Below, in pieces: positions 61,487 to 64,000 of a stretch of 64,000 bases of DNA; within the stretch, counting starts at the first letter, position 1; each line of letters opens with the position of its first letter. The notes under the pieces were generated by a model that saw only the letters and a program-made list of their open reading frames with translations, was not told the origin of the DNA and made no database searches. The position numbers and the translations under genes are program-made. The stretch comes from Nitrospirota bacterium (GTDB lineage Bacteria > JACPQY01): contig JACPAV010000004.1 in NCBI GenBank assembly GCA_016180645.1, positions 95,544 through 159,543 of the forward strand. The letters run 5' to 3'.

Positions 61487-62095
61487 GTGGAAATGACGGA
61501 GAAACAGCGCAAGGTTCTCGCTTTCATCCGCAGTTTCATTCAATCCGAGCGACGGCCTCCCACCATCCGGGAGATCGCGGCTCATTTTCGCTACGCCTCG
61601 AATCGCACCGTGCAGGATTACCTCGCCGCGCTGGAACGGAAAGGTTTTCTCAAGGTATTGAAGGGGCTTTCTCGCGGCATTGATCTCACCGCCCAAGCCA
61701 TCGGAATCCCCGTGGTGGGACGCGTTCCCGCCGGCGTACCGTTTTTCGCGGAGGAAAACGTGGAGCAATGGCTGGATCTTTCTTTGGGTTACTTCAAGGG
61801 CGGGGAGCCTCTGGACCGGATCGGTGGGCGGGTCTTCGCCCTTCGCGTGGTGGGCGATTCCATGGAGGGCGCGGGGATCGTCGATGGCGACCTCGTGATC
61901 GTTCGGAAGCAGCCCTCCGCTTCGCATCGGGACATCGTCGTCGCGCTGGTGAACGGACAGGCCACCGTGAAGCGCCTCACGGAAAAAGGCGAGCGCCGCA
62001 CGCTTCTGCCCGAGAACCCGAAATACGCCCCCATCCCTCTTGGCGCCGACAGCGCCATCCTCGGCAAAGTCCTCGGCGTCGTCCGGCGATACTGA
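61487..62095 (+). CDS. lexA: SOS repressor LexA
   Basis: PPTIREIA wHTH; GRVPAG cleavage site; GDSM Ser; ATVKR Lys. Confidence 0.95.
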   Translation: MEMTEKQRKVLAFIRSFIQSERRPPTIREIAAHFRYASNRTVQDYLAALERKGFLKVLKGLSRGIDLTAQAIGIPVVGRVPAGVPFFAEENVEQWLDLSLGYFKGGEPLDRIGGRVFALRVVGDSMEGAGIVDGDLVIVRKQPSASHRDIVVALVNGQATVKRLTEKGERRTLLPENPKYAPIPLGADSAILGKVLGVVRRY

Positions 62096-62151
62096 ACTCT
62101 CCGATGAGCCTCCGCCCGGGATTCAATAAATTCGCGTAACCACCCAGTGCG

Positions 62152-62180
62152 CCTGGACTCCTTCCCGGGTCCAGGCGCAG
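62152..62180 (+). terminator. GC-rich hairpin after lexA
   Basis: GCGCCTGGAC-N10-GTCCAGGCGC; no clear U-tract. Confidence 0.35.
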
Positions 62181-62287
62181 CCTTCCTAGAGTGCCAAACT
62201 GCCATCCGCCGCCTAATGCGGCAAGTCCTGCCGACGATAGAGCCTATTGTCTTGGCATTCTGACATGCCGATGATACGAATTGATAG

Positions 62288-62545
62288 ATGCGCACGACGA
62301 TCCGGCTCGACGACGACCTGCACTGCCAAGCCAAAGCATACGCCGCGAAGCACGGCCTCACGCTGACCTCACTTATCGCAAACGCCCTCCGCGAGATGAT
62401 GGCCAATCGCGGGAATCCTGAGCCGCGGATGCGCACCCATCTGCCAGTTTTCCGGGGCGGCGGGCTCATGCCGGGTGTGGATTTGGACGACAATGCCGCT
62501 CTTCTGGATCTTATGGAAGGCCGCGGTGCCCCGCTTCGACGCTGA
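62288..62545 (+). CDS. Orphan VapB-type antitoxin
   Basis: MRTTIRLDDDL...AK..A...G.TLTSLI..ALR; LPVF.GGG..PGVDLDD; no PIN gene follows. Confidence 0.75.
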   Translation: MRTTIRLDDDLHCQAKAYAAKHGLTLTSLIANALREMMANRGNPEPRMRTHLPVFRGGGLMPGVDLDDNAALLDLMEGRGAPLRR

Positions 62546-63821
62546 GGCCGCCGGCTCCCCCTTTCGCGCTGCACGAAGCGCAATCCCCGGGGCCGTAATC
62601 GCTCTCCTGATCGCCTCCTGCGGAGGAACCTCGCGGCCCGCGGAGCTTAAGGCCGCCGAGTGCGGAGACAGTGCCGCACCCGGTTCAGTCGCCGCCCTGC
62701 CTCGGTGGCCGTACGTGCAGTGGGTCACCGAGACGGGCGCCGTCGTCGCCTGGGGAACCGGAATAGATACGAAACAGGGGCAACTTCGCTACGGGCGGGA
62801 TACGTCCTATGTATCGGCGGTCGACGCCGATGTTAAGCTGCTCTCCATCGGCGAGGGATCGACTCTCCACCTCTTCAGCGCGTCGCTCTCCGATCTCGAA
62901 CCCAATACAGAATACTGCTATCAAGTGCGCGCGGCCGGCGCGGAACTCGCCGGGGGATTGAAGTTCCACACCGCGCCCAAGGAGATGAATGCAACCGTCC
63001 GCTTTCTTGTCATGGGCGACTACGGCAGCGGCTCCCTCCCGCAGGTCATGGTGCGCGATCAGATGCTGGACTACCTGGACCGCACCGACCTCATTCTTAC
63101 CACCGGAGACAACGCCTACTCCGCCGGAGCGTACGTGGAATTCCAAAAGAAAGTGTTCGAAATCTATCCCTCGCTCTTCGCGCGAATTCCCGTGTTCCCC
63201 TCCATCGGCAATCACGATTTCGCGTCGTCCGCCGCCCAGCCCTACCTGGATAATTTCTTTCTCCCTGAAAACGCGTGGCGCGAGACGGACCGGGAACGTT
63301 ACTACTCGTTTGACTGGGGGCCGCTCCACGTCACGGTCCTCGACAGCGAATACGCCCTCTATGGGATCCGGGACGAGGAGACCGACGACATGGTGGATTG
63401 GCTGGAGGCCGATCTCTCAACCACGAATCGGCCTTGGAAAATAGTCACGTTTCACCAGCCCGGCCATACGAACAACCCCAAGCGAAGCCCGAATCCCATC
63501 GTCGTCTTGAAGATTGTTCCCGTTCTGGAGAAGTTCCGCGTGCCGCTCGTGCTCTCGGGGCATGAGCACTTCTACGAGCGGTTCCATCCCATTCTGAAAG
63601 GGCAACGCGCCACAACCTCCGAGGGTGGCGTGACGTATCTGACCTCAGGTGGAGGCGGTGCGTCTCTCTACGACATCAATCTGGGAACAGATCCTCTCCA
63701 GGCCTTCGGAATGAAAATCCACCATTTTCTCGCCGGCGGAGCTGACGACTGCACCCTTTCCGCCCGCGCGATCGACTTCACCGGCCAGGAAATCGACCGC
63801 TTCTCGCTCACCCGTTGCTAG
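62526..63821 (+). CDS. Purple-acid-phosphatase-like metallophosphoesterase lipoprotein (FN3 plus metallophos domain)
   Basis: IASC lipobox; GDYG, GDNAY, GNHD, SGHEH. Confidence 0.88.
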   Translation: MPRFDAEAAGSPFRAARSAIPGAVIALLIASCGGTSRPAELKAAECGDSAAPGSVAALPRWPYVQWVTETGAVVAWGTGIDTKQGQLRYGRDTSYVSAVDADVKLLSIGEGSTLHLFSASLSDLEPNTEYCYQVRAAGAELAGGLKFHTAPKEMNATVRFLVMGDYGSGSLPQVMVRDQMLDYLDRTDLILTTGDNAYSAGAYVEFQKKVFEIYPSLFARIPVFPSIGNHDFASSAAQPYLDNFFLPENAWRETDRERYYSFDWGPLHVTVLDSEYALYGIRDEETDDMVDWLEADLSTTNRPWKIVTFHQPGHTNNPKRSPNPIVVLKIVPVLEKFRVPLVLSGHEHFYERFHPILKGQRATTSEGGVTYLTSGGGGASLYDINLGTDPLQAFGMKIHHFLAGGADDCTLSARAIDFTGQEIDRFSLTRC

Positions 63822-64000
63822 CCGTTGGCCAGAGGGTCGATGAAGCGGCGCTTGATCTCGGCGAGGTCATCTTTTGTGGCGCGGTGGTACCAGACGTTGT
63901 CCGGCATGATGGCGATATTCGGACCGAGGGCGCACTGGCCGAGGCACATGACGCGGGAGACGCGCAGCCGCCCTTTCAGGCCCTTCGATTTGGCGTAGGC
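63818..64000 (-). CDS. Thioredoxin-like [2Fe-2S] ferredoxin (3' part)
   Basis: RVSRVMCLGQCALGPNIAIMPDNVWY. Confidence 0.8.
   Translation of the reverse strand, partial: AYAKSKGLKGRLRVSRVMCLGQCALGPNIAIMPDNVWYHRATKDDLAEIKRRFIDPLANG

Noticed and set aside
60332-61927. 531-aa version of the DUF72 ORF (and the 507-aa version of the GH99 ORF)
   Set aside because: The N-terminal extensions are antisense to lexA and imuB respectively; better starts are 61360 and 50119

Overview
This is a GC-rich chromosomal window from a diderm, LPS-making bacterium. The CFI-box sorting domain and the lamin-tail and Cys-rich lipoproteins suggest a deltaproteobacteria-like lineage, but that is inference only. Main contents: (1) a Cas4/RecB-like nuclease divergent from a five-repeat lamin-tail lipoprotein and a thermonuclease; (2) several lipoprotein and outer-membrane genes; (3) a stand-alone, about 3.1 kb 23S rRNA gene with its own promoter and boxA, no adjacent 16S, tRNA or 5S, and an expanded helix 10; (4) a coupled three-gene operon encoding a large Ig/FlgD/CFI-box surface protein, a PorV-like barrel with TPR, and a HAMP adenylate cyclase; (5) a lipid A/core/O-antigen cluster (frameshifted DUF374, waaA, lpxK, lpxL, GT4, waaL, GT9, ArnT-like); (6) an ABC exporter, a SWIM-SNF2 helicase and a GH99-like hydrolase; (7) an SOS locus (imuB-dnaE2 ... 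DUF72/lexA) whose imuB and lexA promoters share an apparently unfamiliar palindrome, CCATAC-N4-GTATG, and whose imuB and dnaE2 carry palindromic repeats inserted in frame; (8) about 11 toxin-antitoxin loci or remnants, several missing or having damaged the toxin, plus a 5'-truncated type III restriction gene. No CRISPR array, tRNA, transposase or integrase was seen. All family calls come from recognising motifs by eye, not from database searches.
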